Assembly: GCA_963678315.1 (NCBI GenBank)
Contig: OY782781.1
Coordinates: 1,824,001 to 1,888,000 of the forward strand
Source: Candidatus Cloacimonadales bacterium
Lineage (GTDB): Bacteria; Cloacimonadota; Cloacimonadia; Cloacimonadales; JAFGVF01
DNA: 64,000 bases
Direction of reading: 5' to 3'
Below the pieces are notes generated by a model. It worked only from the letters and a program-made list of their open reading frames with translations, did no database searches and was not told the origin of the DNA. The position numbers and the translations under genes are program-made. Below are positions 51,133 through 62,197 of the stretch, one piece after another (position 1 is the first letter of the stretch; the number at the start of each line of letters is the position of its first letter).

Positions 51133-53175
51133 ATGGAAGAATTAAAAAATAATCCACTAGTTAGTGGCGAGCGATATGAAAAATTTGAAGCTATACCTTT
51201 CAATCTTTTTAAAACTGAACACTTTATGCCTGCAATAGACTGGGCTTTAGACAAGGCGAGAAAAGAGTTCTATGAATTTATAGAAAGCAAAGAAACACCA
51301 AACTTCGAGAACACAATTGAAAAAGAATCAGGTGTTGAATTAGATTATGTCACTGGAATTTATTTTAATCTTCTTAGCTGTAACGCTGATCCTGAATTTG
51401 CTAAATTAGCTGGTGAAATATCACAAAAATTAGCTGAGTTTGGTAATGAAACAATGATGAATCCAACAATGTTTGAAAAACTCAAATATGTATATGATCA
51501 TCAAGCAGAAGAGAACTTAAATGCAGAACAAACAAGATTATTAGACAAAATATATAAATCATTCATCAGAAATGGTGCACTGCTAGAAGGTGAAAACAGA
51601 GAAAAACTAATGAAGCTAAACATGGAAATGGCTAAATTAGGACCTGAATACTCACAAAATATCTTGAATTCTACAAATCAATTTGAATACATCGTAGAAG
51701 ATGAAGCGGAACTAGAAGGTTTACCTGCTAACGCTAAAGCTGCTGCAGCATATACAGCTAAGCAAAAAGGTCATGAAGGCAAATGGATGTTCTTACTTCA
51801 ACCTTCAATGTTTATGCCTATCTTACAATACTGTAAGAATAGAGAACTTAGAAAGAAATTTAATCTAGCATGGGGCTCTAGAGCTTTTGGTGGCGAATTT
51901 GATAACCAAGAAATCGTTAAAAAGATTGCTAAGCTTAGATATGACAGAGCTCAATTATTAGGTTATGATACACATGCTGACTTCACTTTAGAAGAAAGAA
52001 TGGCTGAAAAACCTCAAACTGTTCATGACTTCTTAAATAGAATCCTTGATGTTGCACTTCCAGCAGCTAAAGAAGAAGTAAAAGAAATCCAAGCTATCGC
52101 TAAAGAAGATGGTATTGATGAATTAATGCCTTGGGATGTTTCATATTACTCAGAAATTTTAAAGAAAAAGAAATTTAATTACGACTCAGAAGAGTTAAGA
52201 CCTTACTTCAAAGCTGATAATGTAGTTGCTGGTATCTTCACAGTTGCTAACAAAATGTATGGCTTAAAATTTGAAGAACATAAAGATTTACCTAAATACC
52301 ACGAAGATGTACGTGTCTTTGAAGTTACTCAAGAAGAAGATGGTAGATATATGGGGCTTCTCTATGTAGATTTATTCCCTAGAGCAACAAAGAGAGCTGG
52401 TGCTTGGATGACTACTTACCGTTCACAAGGTTTCCAAGAAGGCGAAGTTAAGAGACCATTCGTATCAATCGTTGGTTCTTTAACTCCTGCATCAGAAGAT
52501 AAACCTGCTTTACTTTCTTTGGGCGAAGTAACTACTGTATTCCATGAATTCGGTCATGCTCTTCATGCACTTCTTTCAGATTCTCATTACAAATCACTTG
52601 CAAGTCCTAATGTGTATTGGGATTTCGTGGAACTTCCATCTCAAATCATGGAAAACTGGGTTCTTGAAAAAGAAACTCTTGAACTATTTGCTCATCACTA
52701 CGAAACAGACGAAATTATTCCTGAAGAATTAGTTAATAAAGTTAAAGCTGCTGAAACATTCAATAAAGGTATCTTCAATGTAAGACAAGTTCAATTAGGA
52801 CTTATCGATATGTCATGGCACTCTATTAACCCTTCAGATATCGATGATGTAGTAAAACACGAACATGAAACTACTGAAAGAACAAGATTATACCCACGTG
52901 TTGAAGGTGTTAATACAGCATGTTCATTTGCTCATATCTTCCACGGTGGCTACTCTTCAGGTTACTATTCATACAAATGGGCTGAAGTTCTTGAAGCTGA
53001 TGCTTTCGCTAAATTCAAAGAAGACGGTATCTTTAATAAAGAAACAGCAAAATCATTTAGAGATAATGTATTGTCTAAAGGTAATACAGAACACCCAATG
53101 GACTTATTTGTTAAGTTCAGAGGTAGAAAACCTGATGCTGACGCTATGCTCAAAAGAGATGGCTTGATTAAATAG
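51133..53175 (+). CDS. dcp: M3A metallopeptidase (peptidyl-dipeptidase Dcp-like)
   Basis: FHEFGHALH, DFVELPSQ.MENW and HIF.GGYS.GYYSY.W. Confidence 0.92.
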   Translation: MEELKNNPLVSGERYEKFEAIPFNLFKTEHFMPAIDWALDKARKEFYEFIESKETPNFENTIEKESGVELDYVTGIYFNLLSCNADPEFAKLAGEISQKLAEFGNETMMNPTMFEKLKYVYDHQAEENLNAEQTRLLDKIYKSFIRNGALLEGENREKLMKLNMEMAKLGPEYSQNILNSTNQFEYIVEDEAELEGLPANAKAAAAYTAKQKGHEGKWMFLLQPSMFMPILQYCKNRELRKKFNLAWGSRAFGGEFDNQEIVKKIAKLRYDRAQLLGYDTHADFTLEERMAEKPQTVHDFLNRILDVALPAAKEEVKEIQAIAKEDGIDELMPWDVSYYSEILKKKKFNYDSEELRPYFKADNVVAGIFTVANKMYGLKFEEHKDLPKYHEDVRVFEVTQEEDGRYMGLLYVDLFPRATKRAGAWMTTYRSQGFQEGEVKRPFVSIVGSLTPASEDKPALLSLGEVTTVFHEFGHALHALLSDSHYKSLASPNVYWDFVELPSQIMENWVLEKETLELFAHHYETDEIIPEELVNKVKAAETFNKGIFNVRQVQLGLIDMSWHSINPSDIDDVVKHEHETTERTRLYPRVEGVNTACSFAHIFHGGYSSGYYSYKWAEVLEADAFAKFKEDGIFNKETAKSFRDNVLSKGNTEHPMDLFVKFRGRKPDADAMLKRDGLIK

Positions 53176-53202
53176 AACTATAAATCTAAACAATAAAATA
53201 AT

Positions 53203-53230
53203 AAGAGACTGCTGAAATATGCAGTCTCTT
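53203..53230. terminator. Bidirectional terminator
   Basis: AAGAGACTGC..GCAGTCTCTT between convergent genes. Confidence 0.7.
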
Positions 53231-53252
53231 TGTTTATGCTAAAATAAATAGG

Positions 53253-54209
53253 TTAGTTATAACCCAACTTATACTTAATATATGATGCAAGTTCTGAATT
53301 AAATAGTATTGAATTATTTTTATCAATTGTAATACGTTCATTAAAATATGAAATAGGCAATTTTTTTTCTTCATTAGAAATAATGTCGTGAACAACAACT
53401 ACTTCATTATTTTTACTCAATATTAGAAAAGCAGTTTCTTGATTGAAATCAACTATCAATGTACCTATACCTTCAGAAGAAGTCTGTAGCTCAGTGTAAT
53501 CATTAATTGTTGAGTTGAAAACAAACATAATCTTGCCAACTTTAAGTACATTATTTTTGTTTAAATTGATTGTAAAACGTTGCTCTTCACTTTTGCATAA
53601 AATATTATAAACTTCATCACTGTTATCAGTACATGAAATTATGTTACCATTTACATTATCTTTAAAGTCGACTAGGTAATTACAACTTGCTGAAGTCTCC
53701 ATTGTGATGCTCTCGGGTTTTCTGTATCTACTGTCATGATGTCTCTTTGAAGGGATATCTTTTGTGGAAATTAAATCATCTTCAACAGTTTCTTCTATAA
53801 TAGGGCAAGGCTCATCTGATTTAATTTGATGTCTTGGTTTAAGTGAAACTGATATAAATCCTGGTTCTAATGATAGTCCCGAACCTGAAATTGCATCGAT
53901 AAGAATTCCTCCAATACCACCCCAGATTATGTTTCCTAAAATAATTGCATCGGCTTGTGGCTTAATCTCTAAGTAAGTATTGCGATAACCTTCTTTTGAT
54001 ATAATAACATCATAAGACTTCTTTCTAAGCAAATTGAATGTGCTAGGTGTTTTTGCTTCATAATAATCATTATTTGATTTAACTACTACTTTAGCGTCTT
54101 CAGGTGTTGATCTAATCGTAACGTTTTGACGATTTCCACGAGTAATTGTAGCACAAGCAACAGTTGATAAAATAAATATAATGAAAACTAATAATTTGAA
54201 TAGTCTCAT
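53253..54209 (-). CDS. Putative lipoprotein with a PEGA-like domain
   Basis: Lipobox-like TVAC, then CATI..G..Q.V.I.S.P..A.V and TP..KEGY. The C-terminal half is unassigned. Confidence 0.65.
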   Translation of the reverse strand: MRLFKLLVFIIFILSTVACATITRGNRQNVTIRSTPEDAKVVVKSNNDYYEAKTPSTFNLLRKKSYDVIISKEGYRNTYLEIKPQADAIILGNIIWGGIGGILIDAISGSGLSLEPGFISVSLKPRHQIKSDEPCPIIEETVEDDLISTKDIPSKRHHDSRYRKPESITMETSASCNYLVDFKDNVNGNIISCTDNSDEVYNILCKSEEQRFTINLNKNNVLKVGKIMFVFNSTINDYTELQTSSEGIGTLIVDFNQETAFLILSKNNEVVVVHDIISNEEKKLPISYFNERITIDKNNSILFNSELASYIKYKLGYN

Positions 54210-54475
54210 AAATCCTCCCTTTGATGATACTAGTTAAAGAATAAGATTTTGTTTCGTCAAGTTAAAAAAGTAAATGTGGCAGAAAATAATATTATAATAA
54301 AAGTTATAAACTTAAAACAAATCAAGTAATATTTATAAAACTATGTTGAATAATTATATATCTAATAAAGTTAATGTAAAATATACTTTGATGTTAATAA
54401 ATAGTTAAGAAAACTCTTGTAAATATATGCAAATAGATTAATTTGTAGGAAAATATTATTAAGATAGGAGAATTA

Positions 54476-55774
54476 ATGTTTGAAACTATTTTACAAGAGA
54501 TTTATAGTGTTTATTTAAGTTTAGCACCTTATCTCTTTATAGGATTAACCTTTGCTGGAGCACTGCATATTTTTGTAGGAACAAAACTAATTACACGCTA
54601 TATGGGAAAGAAAGGCTTTTGGTCATCAGTCAAGGCTTCATTATTAGGAGTACCAATGCCTTTATGTTCGTGTGGCGTTATACCAACTGCTTTTCAACTA
54701 AGAAAGAGTGGGGCTTCAAAAGGAGCAACAGTTTCTTTCTTGATTTCAACACCTCAAACGGGTATTGATTCTATTATTCCAACTTATGCTATGCTAGGAC
54801 CAATCTTCGCTGCATTTAGGCCAATATATGCTTTGATTTCTGGTGTATTAGGTGGAACGATAACCGATAACTTTGTTAAGAATGTAAAGGATGAACATTT
54901 AGTTGTTGAAGATTCTTGTTCAAGTGGGTGCTGTTCAAGTGGACATGACCATGGACATTCGCATGGGGAAAAGAAAGGCAATAAGTTTGTTGAGTTTATA
55001 AGATACGCTTATGGCGAGTTTTTAGATGACTTAACTCCGCAACTAATTGTTGGTATTATTCTTGCTGGACTAATCTCAATAATTCCAGATTCAATCTTTT
55101 CCATCGTGGAAGGTAGTTACCTTCTTCAATTATTACTAGTTTTAGCAATAGGTATACCTTTATATGTATGTGCAACAAGTTCAATCCCAATAGCCTTAGC
55201 ATTGATGGCAAAAGGATTAACACCAGGAGCTGCATTTGTCTTCTTGGTAGTAGGACCAGCAACAAATGTAGCAACTATAACCTTAATAACAAATGCACTT
55301 GGTAAGAAGATTGTTTCTTTATACGTCGGAATAATTGCTGTTACTGGTATTATTGGAGGTCTTATCTTAGACTATATCCATAATGTAGTAGGATTTGATT
55401 TACATGCTAGCATGGATCATCATGGAGGACATGGGGAAGACTCTACTTTCTTAACTATCTTAACAGTTTTATTCTCAGTCTTCTTTGCTATTTCAATCTT
55501 CAAGTATATTAGAGGTAAAATTAGAAAGTTTAATAGTCCAAAAGGAACAAAAACAGAGAGTGTTAACATGAATAAAAGAAAAGAAAAGGTATTTAAAGTT
55601 ACATCAATGACCTGTAATCACTGCAAGGCAAATATTACTAAAGCACTTGAGAAGGTTAATGCTATTGAAAGTTTCAATATTGATTTAGAAAGAAAACTAA
55701 TTACTGTTCAATCTAATCTTACACAAGATGAAATAAAAGCTCTTATAGAAGGTGCTGGATATCCTGTAGATTAG
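54476..55774 (+). CDS. Metal permease (ArsP/SO_0444-like) with a C-terminal HMA domain
   Basis: PLCSCGV.P, STPQTG.DS, YVCATSS.P, His/Cys-rich loops and MTCNHC. Confidence 0.88.
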   Translation: MFETILQEIYSVYLSLAPYLFIGLTFAGALHIFVGTKLITRYMGKKGFWSSVKASLLGVPMPLCSCGVIPTAFQLRKSGASKGATVSFLISTPQTGIDSIIPTYAMLGPIFAAFRPIYALISGVLGGTITDNFVKNVKDEHLVVEDSCSSGCCSSGHDHGHSHGEKKGNKFVEFIRYAYGEFLDDLTPQLIVGIILAGLISIIPDSIFSIVEGSYLLQLLLVLAIGIPLYVCATSSIPIALALMAKGLTPGAAFVFLVVGPATNVATITLITNALGKKIVSLYVGIIAVTGIIGGLILDYIHNVVGFDLHASMDHHGGHGEDSTFLTILTVLFSVFFAISIFKYIRGKIRKFNSPKGTKTESVNMNKRKEKVFKVTSMTCNHCKANITKALEKVNAIESFNIDLERKLITVQSNLTQDEIKALIEGAGYPVD

Positions 55775-55802
55775 TATAGTTTAGGTTAAACCCAAATTAA
55801 CA

Positions 55803-55834
55803 AAAGGGAGAAGTTATTTTCGACTTCTCCCTTT
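55803..55834. terminator. Bidirectional terminator
   Basis: AAAGGGAGAAGT..ACTTCTCCCTTT. Confidence 0.75.
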
Positions 55835-55855
55835 ATCTATATCAAATATTTTAAA

Positions 55856-57673
55856 CTAATTTCCTTCAGGTTTCTTTTCTGAACGCTTTCTATCTAAGTG
55901 ATTAAGAATTTTCTTTCTCATACGAATAGCGTCAGGTGTTACTTCAAGTAATTCATCATCACCAATGTATTCTAAGGCTTGTTCTAAACTAAATTTCCTT
56001 GGTGGAGCAAGTTTAATAGCATCGTCAGAACCTGATGCACGAACATTAGTAAGCTTCTTACCTTTGATTACATTAATCATAAGGTCAGAATCTTTGCTGT
56101 GTTGTCCAACAACCATGCCAGCGTAAACTTTTGTATTTGGTTCAATGAAGAGTGTTCCTCTTGGCTGGAAGTTGTTTAGGGAATATCCTAAGGCTACACC
56201 ATTCTCCATAGCAATAAGAGAACCATGTTTAGAACCCATGATTTCACCTTTATGTGGTTCGAATTCGTAGAAAGAATGGTTGAGAATACCAGTACCTCTA
56301 GTTTCAGTCATGAACTCATTTCTAAAACCGATAAGTCCACGTGCTGGAACAGTGAATTCTGCTCTAGAATATCCGTCAACTGCAGAAGTCATGTTAACTA
56401 ATTCACCTTTACGTTTACCCATCATCTCAATAACAGTACCCACATGTTCTTCGGCAACATCAACAATAGCCATTTCGATAGGTTCATGAAGTCTGCCATC
56501 AATTTCTTTATATATAACTTTTGGTTTAGATACTTGGAGTTCAAATCCTTCTCTTCTCATATTCTCGATAAGAATTGAAAGTTGTAGTTCACCTCTACCT
56601 TTTACAATATAGGTATCAGCTGAAGAAGTTCTTTCTACTACTAGAGAAATATTTGTTTGAAGCTCTTTTTGTAGTCTTTCCCAAATCTTTTTAGTTGTAA
56701 CCCATTTACCAGACTGTCCTACAAATGGAGAATCATTAACCATGAATTCCATTGCTAAGGTAGGCTCATCTATATCGATTACTGGTAATGATATTGGTTC
56801 ATCTTTGCAGGCAATAGTTTCTCCTACATCGACTTTTTCTAATCCTGCGATAGTCGCAATATCTCCTGCAAAAGCTTTATCTACAGATGTCTTCTTTAAT
56901 CCTTCATAAGTAAAGATTTTGGTAACTTTATAGTTTATAACTTGTCCATCACGCTTCATAAGTTTAACTTCATCAGATACTGCAACAGAACCATTGTGTA
57001 TTTTACCAGTACCCATTTTGCCCAGGTAGTTGTCGTATTCAATAGCAGAAACTTGCATTTGAAGAGGTTTGTTAATATCTCCTTCTGTATCAGGAACTTC
57101 TTTGAGAATAACATCTAATAAAGGAAAGATATTATCAGATTCATCTTCTAGCTCTTTCATAGCATAACCTTCTTTAGCAGAAGCATATACAACAGGAAAG
57201 TCAAGCTGATCTTCGTTAGCATTAAGTTCAACGAATAAATCAAAAATCATATCAAGAACATCATGTGGTCTTGCTTTAGGTCTGTCTATCTTATTGATTA
57301 CCACAATTGGGTTTAATCCTAATTCTAAAGTTTTTTTAAGAACATACTTTGTTTGTGGCATAGGACCTTCGTACGCATCAACTAAAAGTAGAACTGAATC
57401 AACCATTTTCATGATACGTTGAACCTCACCACCAAAGTCAGCATGACCAGGAGTATCTACAATATTGATTTTATAGTCTTTATAGAATAGAGACGCATTT
57501 TTTGAGAAAATAGTAATTCCTCTCTCTTTTTCTAAATCATTAGAGTCCATAACTCTTTCTTCAACTTTCTCATTTTCTCTAAAAACTCCAGCTTGCTTTA
57601 AAGCTGCATCAACTAGCGTAGTTTTACCATGGTCAACATGAGCAATGATTGCTATGTTCTTAATCTTCTGCAT
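55856..57673 (-). CDS. typA: Translational GTPase TypA/BipA
   Basis: [31 protein letters not shown] and EVTP..IR.RK. Confidence 0.97.
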   Translation of the reverse strand: MQKIKNIAIIAHVDHGKTTLVDAALKQAGVFRENEKVEERVMDSNDLEKERGITIFSKNASLFYKDYKINIVDTPGHADFGGEVQRIMKMVDSVLLLVDAYEGPMPQTKYVLKKTLELGLNPIVVINKIDRPKARPHDVLDMIFDLFVELNANEDQLDFPVVYASAKEGYAMKELEDESDNIFPLLDVILKEVPDTEGDINKPLQMQVSAIEYDNYLGKMGTGKIHNGSVAVSDEVKLMKRDGQVINYKVTKIFTYEGLKKTSVDKAFAGDIATIAGLEKVDVGETIACKDEPISLPVIDIDEPTLAMEFMVNDSPFVGQSGKWVTTKKIWERLQKELQTNISLVVERTSSADTYIVKGRGELQLSILIENMRREGFELQVSKPKVIYKEIDGRLHEPIEMAIVDVAEEHVGTVIEMMGKRKGELVNMTSAVDGYSRAEFTVPARGLIGFRNEFMTETRGTGILNHSFYEFEPHKGEIMGSKHGSLIAMENGVALGYSLNNFQPRGTLFIEPNTKVYAGMVVGQHSKDSDLMINVIKGKKLTNVRASGSDDAIKLAPPRKFSLEQALEYIGDDELLEVTPDAIRMRKKILNHLDRKRSEKKPEGN

Positions 57674-57906
57674 TATTTTTCCTTCTTCAATAATTCTTTT
57701 GGGTTACTCCTATTTATAAGTGCTATTTTAGTCAAGTTAAAGCAGATAAATTTTTATTTACACTATTAAGCTCTTATACATAGATATTTGAAAACCTATA
57801 ATTAAGATAGTAAGATTAGCTTTTAGCTTTTGAGATATAAAATATTTCTTGTCAATTTGTGATTTTGCATATAGTTTTGTAACATAATAATATTAATGGG
57901 GGAATT

Positions 57907-59013
57907 ATGTTCAAAAAGTTGATTATTAGTTTGGTTATGTTGGCAGCATTAATTTCTATTTCTGCAACAAATTACTTTTTCTTAGATGATGAAGTTTTCG
58001 ATGCAAGGTCAGCAAGTATGGGAAATACAAGTCTTCTTTCAACTAGGGGGAGTAATGCCCTTTTTACAAATCCGGGACTCTTAATTGATTATGACAATCT
58101 AGATTTAAAAGTCACGGGCCGTGGACGCTATCATAATACTGAAGATAAGGGATATTACAATGATAAAGAGATTGTTGAAACAGATATGTGCTTCGGATCT
58201 CTTGCGCTAAGTAAATCTATTACAACAGATTTCAGCAAGATTGCTTTTGGCCTTGGAGTAAATAGGCTCAAAAACTTTAAATATGAAACAGTCGATGGTT
58301 ATAAGGAAAAGGGTGCATTAAACATGCTTGCCTTGGGCATTGGTATTGATTATAAAGGTGTGCTAGACATTGGTCTTGCTTATAATAAAAGCTTTGCCAG
58401 TGATACAGAAATGTTTGCTTCAAGTGATATGGCTGATATAGAAGCTGAATATTTACTATTCTCTTTAAACGTAAATATTGAAAATATTACATTAGCTTTA
58501 AGTTATAAAGATAAGTATGAACTTAAACCAGAAGAGAACTTAGAAGAATGGGGAGGTGTTGAATTTCCTGCTGAATTGAAGCTAGGACTTTCTGTAGATG
58601 TAGATTCTAGATTGTCCTTATATGGTGAAGTTATGCAAAAGAAGATGTCTGATTATAAATGGCTTGAAGGTGGATTTAAACCTTTTAAGGCTTATGATGA
58701 TATTTATGATTTTGGATTTGGTATGGAATACTCCACTTATTATGATTTAAGACTAGGGATATTTAGAAAAGCTGTAGATCGTTTTAGCGATGTTGATGAA
58801 GAATTTCTATACCAATATGGTTATACTTTAGGATATGGAGCTGAACTGATTGATAACTTTACATTGGATTTATACTTTCAAAATTCATTCTTAAATGATG
58901 ACTCTGTTCGTGATGCTTGGGATGGTACTGGAGAGAATTTTGAAGAAAAGACTGAATTAGATAATTTATATATTAATTTTGGCCTTACTTTAGGTTATCA
59001 ATTTGATATGTAA
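57907..59013 (+). CDS. Outer-membrane beta-barrel, PorV/FadL-like
   Basis: Signal peptide, ARSASMG..NALFTNPG plug motif, amphipathic strands and C-terminal LGYQF. Confidence 0.7.
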   Translation: MFKKLIISLVMLAALISISATNYFFLDDEVFDARSASMGNTSLLSTRGSNALFTNPGLLIDYDNLDLKVTGRGRYHNTEDKGYYNDKEIVETDMCFGSLALSKSITTDFSKIAFGLGVNRLKNFKYETVDGYKEKGALNMLALGIGIDYKGVLDIGLAYNKSFASDTEMFASSDMADIEAEYLLFSLNVNIENITLALSYKDKYELKPEENLEEWGGVEFPAELKLGLSVDVDSRLSLYGEVMQKKMSDYKWLEGGFKPFKAYDDIYDFGFGMEYSTYYDLRLGIFRKAVDRFSDVDEEFLYQYGYTLGYGAELIDNFTLDLYFQNSFLNDDSVRDAWDGTGENFEEKTELDNLYINFGLTLGYQFDM

Positions 59014-59046
59014 TTAATTATAATATAATAAATATTTAATTTTTAT

Positions 59047-59084
59047 GAACCTTCAAGGACTAAGTCCTTTGAAGGTTCTTTTTT
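59047..59084 (+). terminator. Intrinsic terminator
   Basis: GAACCTTCAAGGAC-taa-GTCCTTTGAAGGTTC followed by TTTTTT. Confidence 0.85.
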
Positions 59085-59110
59085 ATTGCCAATAGCAAGA
59101 GATACTTGAC

Positions 59111-59862
59111 CCTTACTTGCCTCTTTGAAAAAAAGCCGATTTTTCAATGAGACCCTTAAGGAAGGAGTTAGCAGTGAGGAACGGCTGTTCCTCTAAATTA
59201 AAAAAGAAGGAAGAGAATTGAACTCCATTTTATCGCCCATGGTTAAAACCATGGGCTCTTTACTGATTTACCCTTACAGGGCATAAATACCTTTATGTCC
59301 CTTGGGGACATATCACCACAAAGCCCATGATTTCAATCGTGGGTGATGTGATAATTGATAAGAATGTTCAAGAGTTTAGAAGTTTGTTTGTTTAGATGTT
59401 CTGGAGTTGGATATGTGAATATTGGTGATATTCGTGGCTAAATAGTTATAGATTGATAATGAAAAGTGGATGAATTTTAGTCCCAAAGGGACGACATATA
59501 TTAGCATGGGGTCTTGCACCCCATGTACAATGACAAAAATGATTTTAGTCCCAAAGGGACGACATAGATTTTAGTCCGGTGCAGATAGATTCTGAATTGA
59601 TGATTGATGATTTGATGATGGAGTGTAAGCATCCACCGATAGGCTGAACATACTTCATGTTCACGCAAAGTAAAGTGTTTTATCGTAGTTGTTTAATGTA
59701 TTGTATTGTAGGGGTGTGATGCTCACACACTGGGCGTATGCCATACTCATACTCCTACGAGGTTAATGTATTGCTGATGTTTTACAGCTAGAAGCTTGAG
59801 TACCAAACAATGATGGAGTGAAAGCATCAGGCGTTAAATTGAAGGAACTTCATGCTCACAGC
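59111..59862. repeat. Mosaic palindromic repeat cluster 4
   Basis: 52-bp hairpin at 59111-59161, 59193-59349 is an inverted copy of 30037-30192, triple hairpin at 59479-59566, GGAG-headed REPs at 59620 and 59815, GTAG REP pair at 59708-59758. Confidence 0.88.
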
Positions 59863-60143
59863 ATTCGAACCGAACACAATCCATACTTGATCTTTCTTAA
59901 AAGGAATCAATTTAACAAATCAATAAAACATTATTGATAGTGTAGAAAAGATATAATGAAATTTGAAAATATAAACATTAATCATATCGATAAATAAAAT
60001 ACAGAAAGAAAATTAAGCACAATTATAGAAATACTACTTAATAACTAGAAAATTATAAAAGCCTATGATTAAAGGTGTAAAAAATTAAAAACAAAAAATG
60101 CAATAAAAATATTGACAGTAAAAGCAATTAATATATAGGTGAC

Positions 60144-60167
60144 TTATCGATATAATTATAACGATAA
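60144..60167. promoter_or_regulatory. Candidate operator palindrome upstream of the hydrogenase module
   Basis: TTATCGATATAATTATAACGATAA (one mismatched pair), just downstream of TTGACA at 60112. Confidence 0.5.
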
Positions 60168-60188
60168 TAATTTAGAAGAGGAAGTATT

Positions 60189-60473
60189 ATGACAATAACA
60201 GTATGTGCTGGTAGTTCATGTAGTCATAGAGGCTCACAAAGAGTTGTAGAATATTTAGTAGATTACATTAGTATCAATTCTTTGCAAGACAGATGGAAGT
60301 TGAAAGCTTCTTTCTGCATGAAAGCTTGTGGAGAACATTACTGTGTAACAATTGATGACTTCCTAATCAAACTTCTGCCAAGTGCAGATTACAAAAGATT
60401 TTTTAGAGAATTGCATAAGACTAATAACCTTCCTAATATTGCAGGAATTACATGGAGTAAGATCAATGAATAA
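60189..60473 (+). CDS. Small thioredoxin-like [2Fe-2S] ferredoxin (HfsA-like)
   Basis: ITVC.GSSC...G and L.ASFCM.AC...VTI. Confidence 0.8.
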   Translation: MTITVCAGSSCSHRGSQRVVEYLVDYISINSLQDRWKLKASFCMKACGEHYCVTIDDFLIKLLPSADYKRFFRELHKTNNLPNIAGITWSKINE

Positions 60474-60966
60474 ATATGGCAGCTTAGCAGAAAAAATAAT
60501 TGAAAGAGATCCTAATGGATTAGTTGTCTTGGATGATAAATTAAACATTGTTCAATTTAACAAAGCTTTCTTAAAAATATTCAATATACTTCCAACTCAT
60601 AAGATTATTGGAGAAAACGTTAATGATGTTTTAACTCAAGAGATATTTGCAAGTGAAGATATTGTAAAAGAAAATGGGACAGTTAAGCATCACCATAGAT
60701 CTGGAAAGTTTGTTAAGGCTGTTACTTTCAAATTAGAAGAAGAGAATTTAAATGCCTGTTTCTTTGTTAACATCACTGATTCATTCCATAGTAAAAGAAA
60801 ACTTCAGTTAATGAAAACTGAAACTATCAAGAAAGCTCAATTCGTAATTGATAATCAAATGAGAGTTGCTCAAGAGATTGCAAGTCTACTTGGAGAAACT
60901 ACAGCAGAGTCAAAAGTTACATTATTACAATTGATAGACATCTTGAAAGAGGAAGGAGAAATCTAG
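60466..60966 (+). CDS. PAS-domain protein matching the C-terminal part of HfsB/HydS sensory hydrogenases
   Basis: DPNGLVVLD..N.AF PAS start and VIDNQMRVAQEIASLLGETTAE tail. ATG 60466 follows GGAG and overlaps the upstream stop. Confidence 0.8.
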   Translation: MNKYGSLAEKIIERDPNGLVVLDDKLNIVQFNKAFLKIFNILPTHKIIGENVNDVLTQEIFASEDIVKENGTVKHHHRSGKFVKAVTFKLEEENLNACFFVNITDSFHSKRKLQLMKTETIKKAQFVIDNQMRVAQEIASLLGETTAESKVTLLQLIDILKEEGEI

Positions 60967-62153
60967 TGCTTTCTGCAAGAAAAGAGACAAAAATGTGGGA
61001 TTTGCACTTAGAAATAGCTAAATCCCAATTAAATAAACATAATGAAATACTATGCGGTGATTCAATTATAATTGATAAAGATTATAATAGAGAAACAGCT
61101 TCAGTAATTCTTTCAGATGGGCTTGGTTCTGGTGTTAAGGCTAACATCTTATCAACTCTAACAACCAAGATTATTTCTGTAATGTTACAGAATGGTCGTT
61201 CAATTGATGAGATTGTTAACACACTAACTGACACTTTACCAACATGTAATGTTCGTAAGTTGGCATATTCTACTTTCTCAGTAGCTCAATTTGGACCAGA
61301 TGGACTACTTCATTTAGTAGAATATGATAATCCACCAGCTTTTTTAATCAGAGATGGTAAAACACTTAAATTAGATTACAGTCAACGTGAAATTAATGGT
61401 AAGAAAATTAACGAAGCAACTGTAGCGGTTAAAGAAGGTGATTTGCTAGTATTCGTTTCAGATGGTGAAACACATGCTGGTATTGGTGGAATCTGGAATC
61501 TTGGTTGGGGGTGGTCACACATAGCTGAATTTATCGAAAGAATTAGTAAGAAGAAAATGTCTTCTAAGGATGTAGCTTTTGAAATAACCAATGTGGCTAA
61601 TGAGTTATATGCTAATGAACCTGGTGATGATACTTCAGCAGTAGTATGTAGAATTAGAAGAAAAAACTTTGCAACAATGTTAGTTGGTGCACCTCAGAAC
61701 AATGATAATGATAAAGAAATAGTTAATAAACTAATCAATGGTGAGGGTAGAATCATCGTTTGTGGTGGAACAACTTCTAATATTGTTTCTAGAGAGTTAG
61801 GTCGTAAGCTGGAAGTTGATTTATCAACTATTAAAGCAGGAATTCCACCTATCGGTAATTTAGAAGGTGTAGATCTTTGCACTGAAGGAATTATAACTAT
61901 TAGCAGAGCTTTAGAAATGCTCAAAAACAAGCCAAATTACAAAAGATTAGAATTAAGTACTGATGCTGTAAGTAGATTGGTGAAAGAACTATTACTTGTA
62001 GATGAAATTATTATTATGATAGGACAATCCTTAAACAGTGCTCATCAAGCTTCTAACATGCCTAAAGAGTTTGGTATGAAGAGAAAGATTATGGAATCGA
62101 TAGCTGATGAATTAACTGAGTTAGGAAAAGTAGTTCATCTAGAATATTATTAA
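60966..62153 (+). CDS. SpoIIE/PP2C-type Ser/Thr phosphatase (HfsC-like)
   Basis: CGD, LSDGLGSGVKANILSTLT, SDG..HAG.G, PGDDT and CGGTT. Confidence 0.9.
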   Translation: MLSARKETKMWDLHLEIAKSQLNKHNEILCGDSIIIDKDYNRETASVILSDGLGSGVKANILSTLTTKIISVMLQNGRSIDEIVNTLTDTLPTCNVRKLAYSTFSVAQFGPDGLLHLVEYDNPPAFLIRDGKTLKLDYSQREINGKKINEATVAVKEGDLLVFVSDGETHAGIGGIWNLGWGWSHIAEFIERISKKKMSSKDVAFEITNVANELYANEPGDDTSAVVCRIRRKNFATMLVGAPQNNDNDKEIVNKLINGEGRIIVCGGTTSNIVSRELGRKLEVDLSTIKAGIPPIGNLEGVDLCTEGIITISRALEMLKNKPNYKRLELSTDAVSRLVKELLLVDEIIIMIGQSLNSAHQASNMPKEFGMKRKIMESIADELTELGKVVHLEYY

Positions 62154-62197
62154 CAAATAAAAAAAACAAAAAATACAAAAAGAATATGGAGGAGTCG

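Noticed and set aside
60382..60465. GTG-start N-terminal extension of the PAS protein
   Set aside because: It overlaps the upstream ferredoxin gene, and ATG 60466 has an RBS and a typical stop/start overlap.
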